A stretch of DNA of 24,000 nucleotides from an uncultured Christensenellaceae bacterium (GTDB lineage Bacteria; Bacillota; Clostridia; Christensenellales; Borkfalkiaceae). Each line of letters begins with the position of its first letter. The stretch's first letter is position 1. This document shows, one piece after another, positions 22,104 to 24,000 of this stretch. A program made the translations under genes and the position numbers. The notes under the pieces are model-generated. The model was not told where the DNA came from. It was given only the letters and a program-made list of their open reading frames with translations, and ran no database searches. The stretch lies in the NCBI GenBank assembly GCA_910586945.1, contig CAJULO010000001.1, positions 1 to 24,000 on the forward strand, given 5' to 3'.

Positions 22104-22940
22104 CTAAATTACTGTTTTTGCAATACGCATACAGTGACACTGTATATTGATAGCAACGGGAAGTCCCGCTATATGTGTTGGTGCAACCTCAATATGCACA
22201 GCAAGAGCAGTTGTATTTCCACCAAACCCTTGTGCTCCTATATGCAGTGCATTGATTCTTGTTCGTGCTTCCATCTCTAGCTTCTGAATATCTTCTCTTG
22301 TATGCCTACTGCCAACTTCGCGTAAAAGTGCTTTTTTTGCAAGTAATGGTGCAGAATCAAAAGTCCCGCCAATTCCAACGCCAACAATAATGGGAGGGCA
22401 TGGATTGCTACCAGCATCTTGTACTGTTTGTACAATAGCATTTAAAATGCCTTCTACTCCCTGAGCAGGTGTCAACATAAATAATTTTGACATATTTTCA
22501 CTACCAAATCCCTTTGGCATAAATATGATTTCTACATTGTTGCCTTCTGTAAATTCTATGTGAATATTTGCAGGCGTATTATCTGTTGTGTTGATTCGTG
22601 TTATAGGGTCGCAAATACTTTTACGAAAATAAAAGTCATGATATGCTTGTCGAACTGCCGTTTGTATTGCCTGTTCTAGATTGCCTTGTATATAAACATC
22701 TCTGCCAATTTGTATAAAAAATATAGCAAAACCAGTATCTTGACAGATGGGTAATTTGTTTTTTTCTGCTAAAGCAGCATTTTGCAATAAAATATTGAGA
22801 GCAAATTTAGCACTTTTATTTTCTTCTATAGCACTTGCCTTTTGCATGGCAGTTATACAGTTTGGAGCTATAGAAGTGCAAGCTTGTTGAATGAGTGTAT
22901 AGCAGGCATCTTGTATTTTTTGACTTGAAAGTATTCTCAT
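22104..22940 (-). CDS. Class I Fe-S hydro-lyase alpha subunit (fumarate hydratase / L(+)-tartrate dehydratase type)
   Basis: 278 aa, with AAGGAG upstream. PICQDTG and IGVGIGGT motifs are typical of the alpha (N-terminal) domain. It lies directly upstream of the beta-subunit gene. Confidence 0.87.
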   Translation of the reverse strand: MRILSSQKIQDACYTLIQQACTSIAPNCITAMQKASAIEENKSAKFALNILLQNAALAEKNKLPICQDTGFAIFFIQIGRDVYIQGNLEQAIQTAVRQAYHDFYFRKSICDPITRINTTDNTPANIHIEFTEGNNVEIIFMPKGFGSENMSKLFMLTPAQGVEGILNAIVQTVQDAGSNPCPPIIVGVGIGGTFDSAPLLAKKALLREVGSRHTREDIQKLEMEARTRINALHIGAQGFGGNTTALAVHIEVAPTHIAGLPVAINIQCHCMRIAKTVI

Positions 22941-22958
22941 AGCACTCTCCTTATCAAT

Positions 22959-22986
22959 ATTATAACAAATTTTAAAAAAAAAACAA
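22959..22986 (-). promoter_or_regulatory. Extended -10 promoter for the hydro-lyase operon
   Basis: Minus strand: TTGTTT (22986-22981), 16-nt spacer, TGtTATAAT (22967-22959). The -10 ends 18 nt upstream of the ATG at 22940. Confidence 0.55.
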
Positions 22987-22994
22987 TTTTTTTA

Positions 22995-23023
22995 TTTACA
23001 TATATTATATTTTTTAATATAAT
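22995..23023 (+). promoter_or_regulatory. Promoter abutting the CPBP protease start codon
   Basis: TTTACA (22995-23000), 17-nt spacer, TATAAT (23018-23023). The ATG at 23031 is 8 nt past the -10. Confidence 0.55.
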
Positions 23024-23030
23024 GAGTAGT

Positions 23031-24000
23031 ATGAATACTTATTTTGATGATGAAAATACAAATGATGCAAAAATCAATTTATATAAAGCTAAACTCTTAA
23101 AACAAGAGCAAAGAATAGGTGGTTTGACTTATTCTATTGTGGTATTTTTCAGTTTATTAGCTAATTTTATCTTTTCACTTGTAGTCATAGCAATAGCAAA
23201 TAAATTGTTTCCAAATTTATCAGCAAATGATGCTCTCATAGAGATTAAAAAAAATCAATTATACCGCTATAGTTCTTTTATAATTATTCCATTGTTTATG
23301 GGTATTGCAATTTTAAGTATAGTATTTTATTTTCAAAAAAAACCTATAGATTTAGGATTTAAAAAATGTAACCCGTTCTATCTATATCTCAGTATGCCTA
23401 TCTTTTTAGGATTGTTTTTTGGATTATCATGGGTAAATAGTTTATTTTTAAAGGCAATCAACTATCAACCTAGCGATATTATGCCAAATTTAGATGGAAT
23501 ACATTTTTATATTGCTATACTGGTGATTGCAGTACTACCGGCAGTTGTTGAAGAAATTGTATTTAGAGGACTTGTTTTAAATGGATTAAAAGGCAATGGC
23601 ACAATTTTTGCCTGTTTCGTAAGTGGAATGTTATTTTCTATTTTCCATATGAACCCCGAGCAGACGATTTATCAATTTATATGTGGTACAATTTTTGCAT
23701 ACATAGCTATAAGAGCAAATTCCATTTTGCCGACAATGCTCATTCACTTTTTCAATAATTTTATTGCTTTATGCAATTATAAGTTTAATTTTTGGGAAAC
23801 GGGCAATGCTTTAATAAAAGAAGGGTCAGCATTATATATCATAATCATAGTATTGGCTTTTATCATGCTGCTTACAAGCTTGGGATTTTTAATGTACAGT
23901 CATTATAGAGAATATAAAAAAAATACCGGAAAATCAAGTGAAGTAGATAGAAAAATACAACCAAAAAAGTGGGTTTTTTTCCTATATAGTGGTGCTGGTA
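23031..24000 (+). CDS. CPBP-family intramembrane glutamic endopeptidase (CAAX protease/Abi-like), truncated at the window end
   Basis: Not in the ORF track because there is no stop inside the window. My translation is open from ATG 23031 (an alternative in-frame ATG is at 23022) to 24000. It is multi-TM, with the family motifs VVEEIVFRG (EExxxR), FSIFH (FxxxH) and HFFNN (HxxxN). Confidence 0.85.
   Translation, partial: MNTYFDDENTNDAKINLYKAKLLKQEQRIGGLTYSIVVFFSLLANFIFSLVVIAIANKLFPNLSANDALIEIKKNQLYRYSSFIIIPLFMGIAILSIVFYFQKKPIDLGFKKCNPFYLYLSMPIFLGLFFGLSWVNSLFLKAINYQPSDIMPNLDGIHFYIAILVIAVLPAVVEEIVFRGLVLNGLKGNGTIFACFVSGMLFSIFHMNPEQTIYQFICGTIFAYIAIRANSILPTMLIHFFNNFIALCNYKFNFWETGNALIKEGSALYIIIIVLAFIMLLTSLGFLMYSHYREYKKNTGKSSEVDRKIQPKKWVFFLYSGAG

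Noticed and set aside
1-24000. Looked for CRISPR arrays, rRNA, IS elements or transposases, integrases, toxin-antitoxin pairs, and retron or DGR reverse transcriptases
   Set aside because: I saw no regularly spaced repeats, no recombinase, transposase or RT-like ORFs, and no rRNA-like segments. The only tandem repeats lie inside coding sequences, in hsdS and the peptidase gene.

Overview
AT-rich, Firmicute-like chromosomal segment: strong GGAGG-type ribosome-binding sites, genome-encoded CCA on the tRNA, and rsmD-coaD / ylbJ / patatin (ylbK-like) synteny as in Bacillus. It splits into two parts.

The left ~11.4 kb looks accessory:
- a decayed, purine-rich gene remnant;
- two tandem, divergent paralogous lipoprotein genes that share an almost identical promoter/palindrome element;
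- a gene-less AT-rich spacer containing orphan terminators;
- a complete type I R-M operon in hsdM-hsdS-hsdR order (type IC-like), with a TAEL-type 12-bp repeat in hsdS;
- a membrane-anchored papain-family (C1) cysteine peptidase with a 72-bp-repeat proline stalk.

This block ends at the 3' end of a tRNA-Pro gene whose anticodon reads AGG, which is unusual for bacteria.

The right ~12.5 kb is housekeeping:
- a heterodimeric ABC exporter with one degenerate ATP site;
- alr, rsmD, coaD, ylbJ (with a sigma-E-like promoter), a patatin-like lipase and rarA;
- a small two-TM protein;
- a two-subunit class I Fe-S hydro-lyase (fumarate/tartrate type);
- a 3'-truncated CPBP intramembrane protease.

I saw no CRISPR array, transposase, integrase or rRNA. 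The best candidates for something undescribed are the co-regulated lipoprotein pair next to the R-M system, the tRNA-Pro(AGG), and several apparently leaderless genes. All coordinates and motif matches were read by eye, and no database search was possible.
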